This document shows, piece after piece, positions 10,860 to 22,484 of a stretch of 64,000 nucleotides of DNA. A program made the position numbers and the translations under genes. How positions within the stretch are numbered: position 1 is the stretch's first letter; the number at the start of each line of letters is the position of its first letter. Source of the stretch: Alphaproteobacteria bacterium (GTDB lineage: Bacteria; Pseudomonadota; Alphaproteobacteria; UBA828); contig CAXXVO010000006.1 of the NCBI GenBank assembly GCA_963422645.2, positions 192,001 through 256,000 on the forward strand. The letters run 5' to 3'. A model generated the notes under the pieces. It was given only the letters and a program-made list of their open reading frames with translations, did not search any database and was not told the origin of the DNA.

Positions 10860-10928
10860 GACGATTTTCCAGGCCATTCGCAAAGACTTCCGGCCGCGAT
10901 TCGCAAAGACTTTCGGCCGGCTACAACA
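10860..10928. mobile_element. Orphan terminus of a different IS21-like element
   Basis: Two tandem ATTCGCAAAGACTT(C/T)CGGCCG repeats ending in ...CTACAACA, the usual architecture of an IS21 end. Confidence 0.6.
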
Positions 10929-10981
10929 GGAACACTGAACATGCACTTGACACCATATGTGGTGAAGAACATAAAATGTCG

Positions 10982-11349
10982 ATGAGTTGGAAAGTGGAGT
11001 TCCACGACGAGTTCGTGCCGGAGTTTCGAAGTCTGCACAAACGGGTCCAGGACGAGGCCTATGCCACCGCTCACCTGCTGGAACAGTTCGGACCGCAACT
11101 AGGACGCGACCCTGGGTGGACACGCTGAACGGCTCTCGGCACGCGAACATGAAGGAGATGCGCTTCGGCGCAGCGGATGGGGAATGGCGCATCGCCTTCG
11201 CCTTTGACCCGAAGCGCAGAGCCATGCTTCTCGTCGCCGGCGACAAGTCGGGAAGCGGCGCCAGGCGGTTCTACCGCGCACTCATCCGTAAAGAGGACCA
11301 GCGCTTCGACCATCACCTCGCGCGCCTCGCGCAGGAAGGAGGATCGTGA
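10982..11349 (+). pseudogene. RelE/HigB-type toxin with a frameshift
   Basis: MSWKVEFHDEFVPEF...EQFGPQLG in one frame and RPWVDTLNGSRHANMKEMRF...WRIAFAFDPKRRAMLLVAGDK in another. There is an extra CG in GGACGCGACCC near 11105. Confidence 0.85.
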
Positions 11350-11675
11350 TGCCTGTAAGTCTGGAGACCATGATGGCGAAGCTCGACCCCGAGAGGCGGC
11401 GGCGGATCGAGGAGCGGGCGGCCGAGCTCATCGCCGAGGAAATGACGCTGCGCGAGCTTCGCAAGGCCCGGCAGCTCACCCAGGCGCGCGTTGCCGCCGA
11501 GCTCGGCATCAGCCAGGACGGCGTCTCCCGGCTTGAGCAGCGCAGCGACCTTCTGCTCTCGACCTTGCGCAAGACCGTGGAGGCCATGGGGGGCAGCCTC
11601 TCGCTCATCGCCAAGTTCCCCGACCGCCCGCCCGTCGAGCTCGCGGGCATCGCCGAGAGCGACCCCCGCGACTGA
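11349..11675 (+). CDS. XRE/HigA-type HTH antitoxin
   Basis: [41 protein letters not shown]; coupled to the toxin stop. Confidence 0.9.
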   Translation: MPVSLETMMAKLDPERRRRIEERAAELIAEEMTLRELRKARQLTQARVAAELGISQDGVSRLEQRSDLLLSTLRKTVEAMGGSLSLIAKFPDRPPVELAGIAESDPRD

Positions 11676-11691
11676 CGACCGAGGCAGCCAT

Positions 11692-12216
11692 ATGCGCGAA
11701 CGGATAGAGGTCTTCGAGGGCGATATCACCACGCTCGCGGTGGACGCCATCGTTAACGCGGCCAACAACAGCCTGCTGGGCGGCGGCGGGGTCGACGGCG
11801 CCATACACTGCGGAGCCGGCCCTCGCCTGCTCGAAGAATGTCGCACGCTCGGCGGGTGCGAGACCGGGGACGCCAAGCTCACCGGTGCCTACGACCTGCC
11901 GGCCCGATTCGTGATCCACACCGCGGGCCCGGTGTGGCATGGCGGCGGGCAGGGAGAGCCCGCGCTTCTGGCGCGCTGCTACCGCCGCTGCTACGAGATC
12001 GCGGCCGAGCAGGGGATCGCGTCGATCGCATTTCCCGCGATCAGCACGGGCGTCTACGGCTATCCGCTCGACCAGGCGACGCGCATCGCCGTCAGTGAAA
12101 CCCAAGTTCACCTCGAAGGCGGCACTACGCTCGAGCGGGTTGTGTTCGCCTGCTTCGGCGCGGAGGCCGCCAACGTGTACCGCGCCATGATCGACGACAT
12201 CTTCGCCGGCGGGTAA
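11692..12216 (+). CDS. Macrodomain protein (O-acetyl-ADP-ribose deacetylase, YmdB-like)
   Basis: [52 protein letters not shown]. Confidence 0.93.
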   Translation: MRERIEVFEGDITTLAVDAIVNAANNSLLGGGGVDGAIHCGAGPRLLEECRTLGGCETGDAKLTGAYDLPARFVIHTAGPVWHGGGQGEPALLARCYRRCYEIAAEQGIASIAFPAISTGVYGYPLDQATRIAVSETQVHLEGGTTLERVVFACFGAEAANVYRAMIDDIFAGG

Positions 12217-12334
12217 TCGGTCACAGCAAGCAGCGACGCCCGGCGGCTGGCGAGCACCCGCGAGGCTTGCCGTCTGCGCCCCCCGGTGGTTCGTTAGGGC
12301 CCGAGACAATCACGCATTTCCGGAAGCAGGGTCC

Positions 12335-13623
<1,289 letters not shown>

Positions 13624-13627
<4 letters not shown>

Positions 13628-14412
13628 GCTATGTGCGCGGGGCGTGCCGGCGGCGTCTCGGGCTCGCCGCCGAGATCGCGCAGGATCGTGCAGAGCTCGT
13701 CACCGGCGCGCGTGATTTCGTCCTCGTCGGTGCCGCGCAGGACCAGTGTCGTGCCGAAGTTGCCGTCGCGGACGAAGGGGTAGCTGCCGATCTCCAGCGC
13801 CGGGTAGCGCTCCTGCAGACCTTCGAGCCGCGCTGCCACGTCGCCCTCGCCCAGCAGCACGGCGATTTCGCGCGACCTTACCGTTCGCCCGCCCTTCAGA
13901 GTCGGCGCCACGCTCTCGAACATCGCCCGCATCACTGCCGGAATGCCGGCGAGCACGTGCACGTTCTCGACCCGGAAGCCCGGCGCCCGGCTCACCGGGT
14001 TGTCGATCAGCGTGGCACCCTCGGGCGTATAGGCCATGCGCATGCGCGCCTCGTTAAGCTCGCGCCCGGTGTCCCGGTAGAAGTCCTCGAGGATGCGCTT
14101 CGCCTCCGGATGGATCCGGTAGGGCAGGTTGAACGCCCTGGCAACCGCCTCGCAGGTGATGTCGTCATGGGTCGGCCCGATCCCGCCGGTGGTGAAGACG
14201 TAATTGTGGGATGCGCGCAGCGTGTTCACGGCGGCGATGATGGCACGCTCCTCGTCCCGCACCATGCGGACCTCGGCGAGCTGGATACCGAGCGCGGTGA
14301 GCTGGCGGGCGAGATAGGAGACGTTCACGTCCTTGGTCCGGCCCGAGAGGATTTCGTTGCCGATGACGACGAGGGCTGCGGTGACGGTGACGCCCGGCGT
14401 GGATTCCGGCAT
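13624..14412 (-). CDS. CinA-like molybdopterin-binding domain protein
   Basis: [39 protein letters not shown]; divergent from sfsA. Confidence 0.9.
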
Positions 14413-14565
14413 GGCGTTGCTGCTCGCTCCTCTTGGCGCGTGCCGATTGCCCGCGCGACGGCGCAGAGAATAGAGCGGCGCGCCCGGCGCGGCCACCGCA
14501 CGATGGTCCGAAGCGACGGCACCGCGCCCCTTGAGCCGGTGGCGGCGCGCGGCTTATGAGACGGG

Positions 14566-15270
14566 ATGCAATTTCCCCATCCTCTCCGCCGCGCGACCCT
14601 GCTCAAGCGCTACAAGCGCTTCCTGAGTGACCACCGCCTGGACGACGGCAGCACCGTCACCGCCCACGTCGCCAATCCGGGTGCGATGACGGGGCTCAAG
14701 GACGAAGGGCTCGAAACCTGGCTCTCGCCAGCCGCGAATCCGAAGCGCAAGCTCCCCTATAGTTGGGAGATGGTTCGGGCCGATGGCGGGCTGGTGGGCG
14801 TCAACACGGCGTGGCCCAACCGCCTCGCCGAAGAGGCGATCACGGGCGGCGCGATCCCGGCGCTGGCGGGCTATGAGAGCGTCCGCCGCGAGGTCGCCTA
14901 TGGCACGGGCTCACGCGTCGATTTTCTGCTCGAAGCGCCTGACCGGCCGCCCTGCTATGTCGAGGTCAAGAACGTCCACCTGAAGCGTGGCCCCGCCGCG
15001 GAGTTTCCGGACAGCGTCACCGCGCGCGGCACGAAGCACCTGCGCGAGCTTGCGACGGTGGCCGAGAGCGGCGCCCGCGCAGTCATGCTCTACATCGTCC
15101 AGCGCGAGGACTGCGACTGTTTCACCCTCGCCGCCGACATCGACCCCGCCTACGCCACAGCCTTTGCCGAGGCCCGCGCAAGTGGGGTGGAGGCGCTGGC
15201 CTACGCCTGCCGGCTGAGCACGGAGGGCATCGCCGTCGACCGCCCGCTTCCCATCGACGGGACGGCTTAG
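14566..15270 (+). CDS. sfsA: DNA/RNA nuclease SfsA
   Basis: KRYKRFL, HVANPGAM, YVEVKNV, FPDSVTARGTKHLREL. Confidence 0.95.
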   Translation: MQFPHPLRRATLLKRYKRFLSDHRLDDGSTVTAHVANPGAMTGLKDEGLETWLSPAANPKRKLPYSWEMVRADGGLVGVNTAWPNRLAEEAITGGAIPALAGYESVRREVAYGTGSRVDFLLEAPDRPPCYVEVKNVHLKRGPAAEFPDSVTARGTKHLRELATVAESGARAVMLYIVQREDCDCFTLAADIDPAYATAFAEARASGVEALAYACRLSTEGIAVDRPLPIDGTA

Positions 15271-15379
15271 CGCGCGATCCTTTGGAACGCGCGCCGATAG
15301 AAGCTAGATTGCGGCCGCCGGGTGCGCCCTCCCTGAGTCGCGCCCGTCGCCAGAATTGAGTGAGCGAGCGAGGTCATTC

Positions 15380-16195
15380 GTGTCCACTGCCGGCGGCGCG
15401 CCAGTCATCGAACGCAGCGTCAAGACCCACGGCGCGGAGGGCTTCGCGGCGATGCGCAAGGCCGGCCGCCTCGCGGCGGAGGTGCTCGACGCGCTGACGC
15501 CGATGGTCGAGCCCGGCGTCACCACCGACGCCCTCGATCGGTTCTGCCACGACTACATTGTCGCTCACGGCGCGGTGCCGGCACCGCTCGGCTACCGCGG
15601 GTATCCGAAATCCATCTGCACCTCGGTCAATCACGTCGTCTGCCACGGCATCCCCGGCGACAAGCGGCTGCAGATCGGCGACATGCTGAACATCGACGTG
15701 ACCGTGATCTTGGACGGCTGGCACGGGGATACGAGCCGCATGTTCTACGTCGGCCAGCCGAGCGTGAAGGCGCGCCGGCTGATCGACATCACCTACGAGG
15801 CGACGATGCGCGGTATCGCGGCGGTGGGGCCCGGCGCCCGGCTCGGCGATATCGGCCACGCGATCCAGAGCTACGCCGAGGGCGAGCGCTGCTCCGTGGT
15901 GCGCGATTTCTGCGGCCACGGCATCGGGCGCATCTTCCACGACGCGCCGAACGTGCTGCACTACGGCGAGCCCGGCACCGGCCCCACGCTCAGGCCCGGC
16001 ATGTTCTTCACCATCGAGCCGATGATCAATCTCGGCGGCTGGCAGGTGAAGCTGCTCAAGGACGGCTGGACCGCGGTGACCAAGGACCGCTCGCTCTCCG
16101 CCCAGTTCGAGCACACGATCGGCGTGACCGAGGACGGTCACGAGATCTTCACGCTCTCCCCGCTCGGGCTCACCAAGCCGCCCTACGATTGCTGA
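15380..16195 (+). CDS. map: Type I methionine aminopeptidase
   Basis: SICTSVNHVVCHGIP, NIDVT...GWHGDTSR, GHGIG, FTIEPMIN, SAQFEHT. The start codon is uncertain. Confidence 0.96.
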   Translation: MSTAGGAPVIERSVKTHGAEGFAAMRKAGRLAAEVLDALTPMVEPGVTTDALDRFCHDYIVAHGAVPAPLGYRGYPKSICTSVNHVVCHGIPGDKRLQIGDMLNIDVTVILDGWHGDTSRMFYVGQPSVKARRLIDITYEATMRGIAAVGPGARLGDIGHAIQSYAEGERCSVVRDFCGHGIGRIFHDAPNVLHYGEPGTGPTLRPGMFFTIEPMINLGGWQVKLLKDGWTAVTKDRSLSAQFEHTIGVTEDGHEIFTLSPLGLTKPPYDC

Positions 16196-16208
16196 GGGCA
16201 CCGCTGCC

Positions 16209-16895
16209 GTGGCGGACAAGCCCCATTTTCACGGCCATCGCGAGCGCTTGCGCAAGCGCTTCGACGAAGCGGGCGCGGACGCGCTCCCCGACTACGAGCT
16301 TCTGGAGCTGCTGCTCTGCCAGGCGCTGCCCAGGCGTGACGTCAAGCCGCTCGCCAAGCGGCTGATCGATCGCTTCGGCACCGTCGGCGGCGTGCTCGGC
16401 GCCGAGAAGGCGGCCTTGAAGGAGGTGGCGGGTGTCGGCGACGGGGTGGTGCACACGCTCAAGCTGGTCGAGGCGCTCGGCGTGCGTACGCTGCGGGAGG
16501 CGGTGATTGGCCGCCCGGTCATCGGCACCTGGCAGGCTGTGCTGGACTACTGCACCGCGCGCCTCGGCAAGCAGAAGACCGAGCATTTCCGCGTGCTCTT
16601 CCTCGACAACCACAACGCGCTGATCGCCGACGAGGAGCAGCAGCAGGGCACGGTCGACCACGTGGTGCTCTATCCGCGCGAGGTGATCAAGCGGGCGCTG
16701 GAGCACGGCGCGAGCGCCGTCGTGCTCGTGCACAACCACCCTTCGGGCAACCCCAGCCCGTCCCGCGCCGATATCGAGCTCACGAAGGAGGTCGCGAAGG
16801 CCGGCGCCACGCTCGGCGTGACCGTCCACGATCATCTGGTGATCGGCCGCTCCCGTCACGTCTCCTTCAGGGAGGCGGGCCTGCTGCAAGACTGA
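16209..16895 (+). CDS. radC: RadC-family JAB domain protein
   Basis: HGHRERLR, DYELLELLL, LVHNHPSGNPSPSRAD, VHDHLVIG. Confidence 0.95.
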   Translation: MADKPHFHGHRERLRKRFDEAGADALPDYELLELLLCQALPRRDVKPLAKRLIDRFGTVGGVLGAEKAALKEVAGVGDGVVHTLKLVEALGVRTLREAVIGRPVIGTWQAVLDYCTARLGKQKTEHFRVLFLDNHNALIADEEQQQGTVDHVVLYPREVIKRALEHGASAVVLVHNHPSGNPSPSRADIELTKEVAKAGATLGVTVHDHLVIGRSRHVSFREAGLLQD

Positions 16896-16902
16896 AGGGG
16901 AG

Positions 16903-17926
16903 TCAGGAATAGGGTCGTGGAGTTGGCTCCGGTGAGGGCGTGTCCTCTGCCAACTTCAGTCGCTTGTCATCGCCGTGGGCCTGGCGGTATCGCAGTTCGG
17001 CGTATTCGCCATACCTAATCGCCGGGTACTTCGGTGGCGCGCCGGCCTCGCGAAAGGGGGGCAGACACTCGATCACCGTGTCGCGCGGCAAGTTGTGAAA
17101 GTAGGCGATCGACTGGCGTCGTGTCGGCTGGCCCGGATCGGTCGGAGGGTTCACCACGCGGTGCCGCGTCGAGACCCAGCGGTCGTTGGTCCAGCGCATC
17201 ATCGCGTCGCCGATATTGACGACGAACGAGCCGACGATGTGCGGAACGTCGCTCCAGCAGCCGGCGCGCGTGCACACCTGCAACCCACCGGGCGCATCCT
17301 CTGTGCGAAGGATCGTGAGGACGCCGTAGTCCGAGTGTGCACCGGCCCGGAGCTGCCCCGGCGCGGGCGGCGCCGGCTGCTCCGGGTAGTCGATGACCCG
17401 CAGCGACGAAAGGTGACCCTGAAACTTGTCCTCGAAGTAATCCGCCTCAAGTCCGATAGCAGCGGCGAAGATGTGTCTCAGCGTTGCCGCGAGTTCCGAC
17501 ATCGCCTCGTAGTACGCCCGCCAGGCGGGCTCCAGATCCGGCGGGTTCGCCGGCCACCCATCGCCCCAGAATCCCGGTCCGAAATCCAGGGTCTCCTTCA
17601 GATCGCCGATGGCCTCATCGCCGAGCGTCGCAGCCAACGCCTCCTTGCCGAGCGGAAAGTGCATCAGCCCGCCCATGACCGGACCGGTCTCGCCGATGGC
17701 GTTCTTCTCCTCGGCGGGCAGGTCGAAGAAGGCCCGAGAGGCATCGTAGATGCGCGCGACCAGCGCCTCGGGAACACCGTGGCCGTTTTATCACGAAGAA
17801 GCCGATGTCCTCGCAGGCGGCGCGGACATCGTCGACGACGCCCATTCGTCCGGCAGTCTGCCCGGCCGCAAAGGGGGTGATATCGACGATCGGGACGGGA
17901 CTCCGCCCATCCCGGCCGAAAGTCAT
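16903..17926 (-). pseudogene. Isopenicillin N synthase-family 2OG-Fe(II) oxygenase with a +1 frameshift
   Basis: N-terminal VPIVDITPF...RAACEDIGFFVI, then GHGVPEALV...GAHSDYGVLTIL...STRHRVVNP...RRQSIAYF in a shifted frame. Extra base in the T4 run at 17786-17789; total length is 3n+1. Confidence 0.83.
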
Positions 17927-17931
17927 CCGGA

Positions 17932-18882
17932 CTAGGGTGCCGTCCCGAAGGCCTCGCGCAGCGCGGCGCAGGCGGTCGCGTGCGCCTCGTCGGTCACGTC
18001 GAAGCGCCCGTTGGCGGTCCAGAAGCCGTGGATGTGGCCCTCGTAGTTGCGGTGGTCGGTGGGCACGCCCGCCGCCTTCAGCCTCTCGGCGTATGCGCGG
18101 CCGTCGTCGAAGAGCGGGTCGTGGCTCGCGGTCATCACCATCGCCGGCGCCAGCCCGCTCAGGTCGTCGGCTCGGATCGGCGCGGCGCGCACGTCCGCGC
18201 GCTCGGCATCGTCGTTGAAGTAGCAGTCGAAGAACCAGGTCATGGCCTCGGCGGTCAAAACGTAGCCCTCGGCGAAGCTCTTGTAGGACGGGCGCCCTTC
18301 GTCCGTATCGGTGACCGGATAGACCAGGAGCTGGAAGACCAGCGGCGGCCCGCCCTCGGCCTTCGCCCGCTGCGCCGTGACGGCGGCGAGGCAGCCGCCC
18401 GCCGAATCGCCGCCGACCGCGATGCGCGCCGGGTCCGCGCCGATCTCGGCGCAGTTCTCGGTCACCCATTTGAGCGACGCCCAGGCGTCTTCCGTGGGCT
18501 TGGGAAACTTGTTCTCCGGTGCCTTGCAGTAGTCGACGCCGACGACGATGCAGCCCGCGCCCTTGCAGAGCGCGCGGCAGGCGCCGTCGTGGGTCTCGAT
18601 GCTGAGCACCACGTAGCCGCTGCCGTGGTAGTTGACGTAGACAGGCAGCGGCTCGGCGGCGTCCGCGCCCTCGGGCCAGTAGAGGCGGATGCGGATCGGC
18701 CCGTTGGGGCCGGGGATGTCGCGGTCCTCGACCCGGCCGACGTCGACGCCCGGCGCCTGCGCGGCCATAATCAGGTCGTGGAAGCCCTCCCTGATCTCGT
18801 CGAGCGGGCGCTCCGCGAGCGGCGGCACCTCGATCGCGTTGATTTCGTCGCAGTACACCTGAACCTGCGGATGCAGTGCCAT
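17932..18882 (-). CDS. Alpha/beta hydrolase (HSL family esterase)
   Basis: GDSAGG nucleophile motif, HDPL and GHIHGF. The oxyanion motif reads HGSG. Confidence 0.92.
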   Translation of the reverse strand: MALHPQVQVYCDEINAIEVPPLAERPLDEIREGFHDLIMAAQAPGVDVGRVEDRDIPGPNGPIRIRLYWPEGADAAEPLPVYVNYHGSGYVVLSIETHDGACRALCKGAGCIVVGVDYCKAPENKFPKPTEDAWASLKWVTENCAEIGADPARIAVGGDSAGGCLAAVTAQRAKAEGGPPLVFQLLVYPVTDTDEGRPSYKSFAEGYVLTAEAMTWFFDCYFNDDAERADVRAAPIRADDLSGLAPAMVMTASHDPLFDDGRAYAERLKAAGVPTDHRNYEGHIHGFWTANGRFDVTDEAHATACAALREAFGTAP

Positions 18883-18948
18883 GATCCCCCCTCGCCCGTG
18901 CTGGCTTGACCGTGGCGCATCTTAGCGCTGGCGCTGAGCTTTTTCATA

Positions 18949-19233
18949 TCCCTCAAGCGCCGGGCGCTCGCTCCGCTCGCTTGGCTACGCGCCGTTCGGC
19001 GCGGCGCGCGGTCGCGCGCTCCGGGCCTGACGGCCCGGCCCTAACATTCCATACCTCGTTCGCTCCCGTCCGGAGCCCCCACCGATTGAGGGATCGGAGG
19101 AAGTTCCGGGCCGCAGGCCCGGACGGCGCGACCGCGCCGCGCGCGTAGCGCGTAGCCAAGCGAGCGGAGCGAGCGCCCGGCGCCTGAGGGAAAGAGACTA
19201 AGTATCGGCGACCCTCCGGCGCCTGAGGGAAAG
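18949..19233. repeat. Long palindromic element (MITE/REPIN-like), copy 1
   Basis: 18949-18992 is the reverse complement of 19148-19191 with 1 mismatch in 44 bp. Arms extend imperfectly to about 90 bp. An extra partial end lies at 19216-19233. Confidence 0.85.
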
Positions 19234-19331
19234 TGAAACCAACCCCCCCACCGATGTTGGGCTAGCGCGCCGAAGCGCACTCGTGAACAATGCGCCGGGG
19301 CAGGAGCCGCACGCCAGGGAGGCCAACGGCG

Positions 19332-21326
19332 ATGAACGAGAGCGCGACCAGCAACATCACCGTCGGCGCGGAGACGCTCCGCGATCTCTACGTCACCATG
19401 CGCCGCATCCGCGCCTTTGAGGACAAGACCGCCGACCTCTTCCAGGAAGGCGTCGTCAAGGGCACGGCCCACAGCTACAAGGGCGAGGAGGCGATCGCCG
19501 CCGGCGTCTGCGCGGCGCTGCGCGACGACGACACCATCGCCTCCTACCACCGCGGCCATGGCCACTGCATCGCCAAGGGCGCGCGCATCGACCGCATGAT
19601 GGCGGAGCTGATGGGCCGCCAGACCGGCTACTGCCAGGGCCTCGGCGGCTCCATGCACATCGCCGACATGGAGCTCAACATCATGGGCGCGAACGGCATC
19701 GTCGGCGCGGCCATGCCGCTCGCCACCGGCGCCGGCCTCGCTGCCAAGCTGAAGGGGACGGACAATATCGCCGTGGCCTTCTTCGGCGACGGCGCGTCCA
19801 ACCAGGGCGTCTTCCACGAATCTCTCAACCTCGCGGCGGTGTGGAAGCTCCCGGTGATCTTCGTCTGCGAGAACAACCAGTACGCGCTCTCCACCTCCTA
19901 TCGGAACACCACGGCGGTCACCCAGGTCTCGGACCGCGCGGCCTCCTACGAGATCCCCGGCATCACCGTGGACGGCAACGACGGCGTCGAGGTCTACCTC
20001 GTTCTGCGCGACGCGGTGGACCGCGCCCGCGCCGGCGAGGGGCCGACCCTGATCGAGGCGATGACCTACCGCCACGGCCAGCACTCGCTCCGCGTCAACC
20101 TGCGCGACCCGCGGCCGGAGGACGAGCTCGAGTCCTGGCTCGAGCGCGACCCAATCGCGCGCATGGAGAAGCGCCTCAGCTCCGAGGGCAGCTTCTCGGC
20201 GGACCAGTTCGACGAGACCACGCAGGCGGTGGACGAGGAGATCGAGACCGCGGTCACCTACGGCCGCGAGAGCCCGGAGCCGCCGGTGCAGGCGATGCTC
20301 GATGCCGTCTACGCCCCGCACGCGACCTATACGGAGCCGGGGCCGAATACCGAGCGCATGCTCTCCTACCCCGAGGCGCTCAACGAGGCGCTGGACCAGG
20401 AGATGCTGCGCGACGACCGGGTCTTCCTCATGGGCGAGGATGTCGGCGCCACCGGCGGCATCTTCGGCGTCTCAAAGGGGCTGATGGACCGCTACGGGGC
20501 AGAGCGCGTGCGCGACACGCCGATCTCCGAGGCCACCTTCGTCGGCTGCGGCGTCGGCGCCGCCATCGCCGGCATGCGCCCGGTGGTGGAGATCCAGATC
20601 TTCGACTTCGTCGCGCTCACCATGGACATGCTGGTCAACCAGGCGGCCAAGTTCCGCTTCATGCTCGGCGGCAAGCCCTCCGTGCCGCTGGTGGTGCGCG
20701 GGCCCCAAGGCGGCGGCATCCGGCTCGCGGCCCAGCACAGCCAGAGCCTGGAGGCCTGGTTCACCCACGTGCCGGGGCTGGTGGTGGCGGCGCCGTCGAC
20801 CCCCTACGACGCCAAGGGGCTATTGGTCGCCGCGATCCGCGACAACAACCCCGTCGTCTTCCTGGAGCAGAAGCTGCTCTACCTCGGCGGCACGGGTCCG
20901 GTGCCGGAGGAGCTCTACGCCATCCCCCTCGGCAAGGCCGACATCAAGCGCGCGGGCACGGACGTCACCGTGGTCGCGACGTCGGCCATGGTGCCGCGCG
21001 CGCTGAGCGCCGCCACGGTGCTGGAGCGCGACGGCATCAGCGTCGAGGTCGTCGACCCCCGCACCCTGCAGCCCTTGGACGAGGAGGCCATCCTGGCCAG
21101 CGTGCGCAAGACCAACCGCCTCCTCATCGTGCACGAGGCCTGGGTGCGCGGCGGCTTCGGCGCCGAGGTCGCGGCCATGGTGGTGGACAAGGCCTTCGAC
21201 TACCTCGACGCCCCGGTCGCCCGCCTCGGCGCTCCCCACACCCCGATGCCCTACAACGACCGCCTCGAGCTAGAAGTCATCCCCTCCCAGGAGCGCATCG
21301 TCGAGGCGATCCGCGCGCTGCTCTAG
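19332..21326 (+). CDS. Fused alpha/beta E1 component of a ThDP-dependent 2-oxoacid/acetoin dehydrogenase
   Basis: GDGASNQG...CENNQY (ThDP motif) and YRHGQHS, then beta-subunit [27 protein letters not shown] in a single frame. Confidence 0.93.
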   Translation: MNESATSNITVGAETLRDLYVTMRRIRAFEDKTADLFQEGVVKGTAHSYKGEEAIAAGVCAALRDDDTIASYHRGHGHCIAKGARIDRMMAELMGRQTGYCQGLGGSMHIADMELNIMGANGIVGAAMPLATGAGLAAKLKGTDNIAVAFFGDGASNQGVFHESLNLAAVWKLPVIFVCENNQYALSTSYRNTTAVTQVSDRAASYEIPGITVDGNDGVEVYLVLRDAVDRARAGEGPTLIEAMTYRHGQHSLRVNLRDPRPEDELESWLERDPIARMEKRLSSEGSFSADQFDETTQAVDEEIETAVTYGRESPEPPVQAMLDAVYAPHATYTEPGPNTERMLSYPEALNEALDQEMLRDDRVFLMGEDVGATGGIFGVSKGLMDRYGAERVRDTPISEATFVGCGVGAAIAGMRPVVEIQIFDFVALTMDMLVNQAAKFRFMLGGKPSVPLVVRGPQGGGIRLAAQHSQSLEAWFTHVPGLVVAAPSTPYDAKGLLVAAIRDNNPVVFLEQKLLYLGGTGPVPEELYAIPLGKADIKRAGTDVTVVATSAMVPRALSAATVLERDGISVEVVDPRTLQPLDEEAILASVRKTNRLLIVHEAWVRGGFGAEVAAMVVDKAFDYLDAPVARLGAPHTPMPYNDRLELEVIPSQERIVEAIRALL

Positions 21327-21353
21327 CCCCGGCCGGCCACGCCCTTTCACTCC

Positions 21354-21443
21354 CACATCGTCATGCGCGGACTTGTTCCGCGCATCTCCAGCAGGCGCGC
21401 CCTCTCTCACATCGTCATGCCCGGACTGGTTCCGTGCATCTAC
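21354..21443. repeat. Two tandem REP-like palindromes
   Basis: CACATCGTCATGCGCGGACTTGTTCCGCGCATC and CACATCGTCATGCCCGGACTGGTTCCGTGCATC, resembling the alphaproteobacterial GTCAT...GGnCTTGnnCC REP type. Confidence 0.78.
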
Positions 21444-21480
21444 TGGGACGCACGCAACAATTATTTTGCCGGGATTCCCC

Positions 21481-21553
21481 GGGATCAAGCGGGATAAGTG
21501 GGATTAAGTGGGACAAGTGGGACAAGTGGGACAAGTGGGATAACTGGGATTAG
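21481..21553. repeat. Tandem 9-10 bp repeat, 8 units, consensus GGGA(C/T)AAGT
   Basis: gggatcaagc/gggataagt/gggattaagt/gggacaagt x3/gggataact/gggattag, ending exactly at IS21. Confidence 0.9.
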
Positions 21554-21755
21554 TGTCAATCGGCTTTCAATACTGACCCCCGATCGGCGTGCAAAATTGA
21601 CCCCCCTGAGTGGCACGGCGGAGGTTGTCCCGGTAGCCAATAGGGGGGACCCGCGCGGCTTCGTGTGGCGCCCTGCGCTACGCGGAGCGAAGCCGCGTGG
21701 GGGGTCCCTGTTGGCCCACCGGGGCAACCGGGCCGCAAGGGAGGCCGGCGGCGGG

Positions 21756-22484
21756 TCAGGAGCGGTTCTTGAAGCGCCAGCTCTCGTTGCCGGTCTCGAT
21801 GATCTCGCAATGATGGGTGAGGCGATCGAGCAGCGCTGTGGTCATCTTGGGGTCGCCGAAGACGGATGGCCATTCGCCGAAGGCGAGGTTTGTGGTGATG
21901 ACGATCGAGGTGCGCTCGTAGAGCCGGCTCATCAGATGGAAGAGCAGCTGCCCACCGGCCTGGGCGAAGGGCAGGTAGCCGAGCTCGTCGAGGATGACGA
22001 AGTCGCGGCGGACGAGCTGGTCTGCAGTGCGGCCCTGGCGTCCGGCGCGAAGCTCGGCCTCGAGGAGGTTGACCAGGTCGACGACGTTGTAGCACCGGCC
22101 GCGCGCGCCCTTGCGGATGCAGGACCGCGCGATGGCGACGGCGAGATGGGTCTTGCCGGTACCGGTGCCGCCGACCAGCACGATGTTGCGTTTGCCCTCG
22201 AGGAAGCCGCCGCCGGCGAGCTCCTGGATCAGGGGCTCGTTGACCGGCGAGGCGGCGAAGTCGAAGTCGGCCAGCTCCTTGACCGTCGGCAGCTTGGCGG
22301 AGGCCATCTGGTACTTGATCGAGCGGGCCCTCTTGTCGGCGATCTCGACCTGCAGCAGCGTACCGATGATCTGTTGCACCGGATGGCGGCGCTTGAGCCC
22401 GTCGGCAAGGATGTCGTCGTAAGCGGCGCGCATACCTGCGAGCTTCAGCTGGGTCATCATCTCCAGCACATCATGACGCTCCAT
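21756..22484 (-). CDS. istB: IS21 helper ATPase IstB
   Basis: Identical protein to 8511-9239. Confidence 0.96.
   Translation of the reverse strand: MERHDVLEMMTQLKLAGMRAAYDDILADGLKRRHPVQQIIGTLLQVEIADKRARSIKYQMASAKLPTVKELADFDFAASPVNEPLIQELAGGGFLEGKRNIVLVGGTGTGKTHLAVAIARSCIRKGARGRCYNVVDLVNLLEAELRAGRQGRTADQLVRRDFVILDELGYLPFAQAGGQLLFHLMSRLYERTSIVITTNLAFGEWPSVFGDPKMTTALLDRLTHHCEIIETGNESWRFKNRS

Noticed and set aside
14566-16895. sfsA and radC as defence or mobile-element genes
   Set aside because: cinA-like/sfsA/map/radC is an ordinary alphaproteobacterial core arrangement with host-like codon usage.
21481-21553. Possible CRISPR array or KWD-repeat protein
   Set aside because: Units are 9-10 bp with no spacers and there are no cas genes. 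The KWDKWD frame is an alternative frame of the E1 gene.
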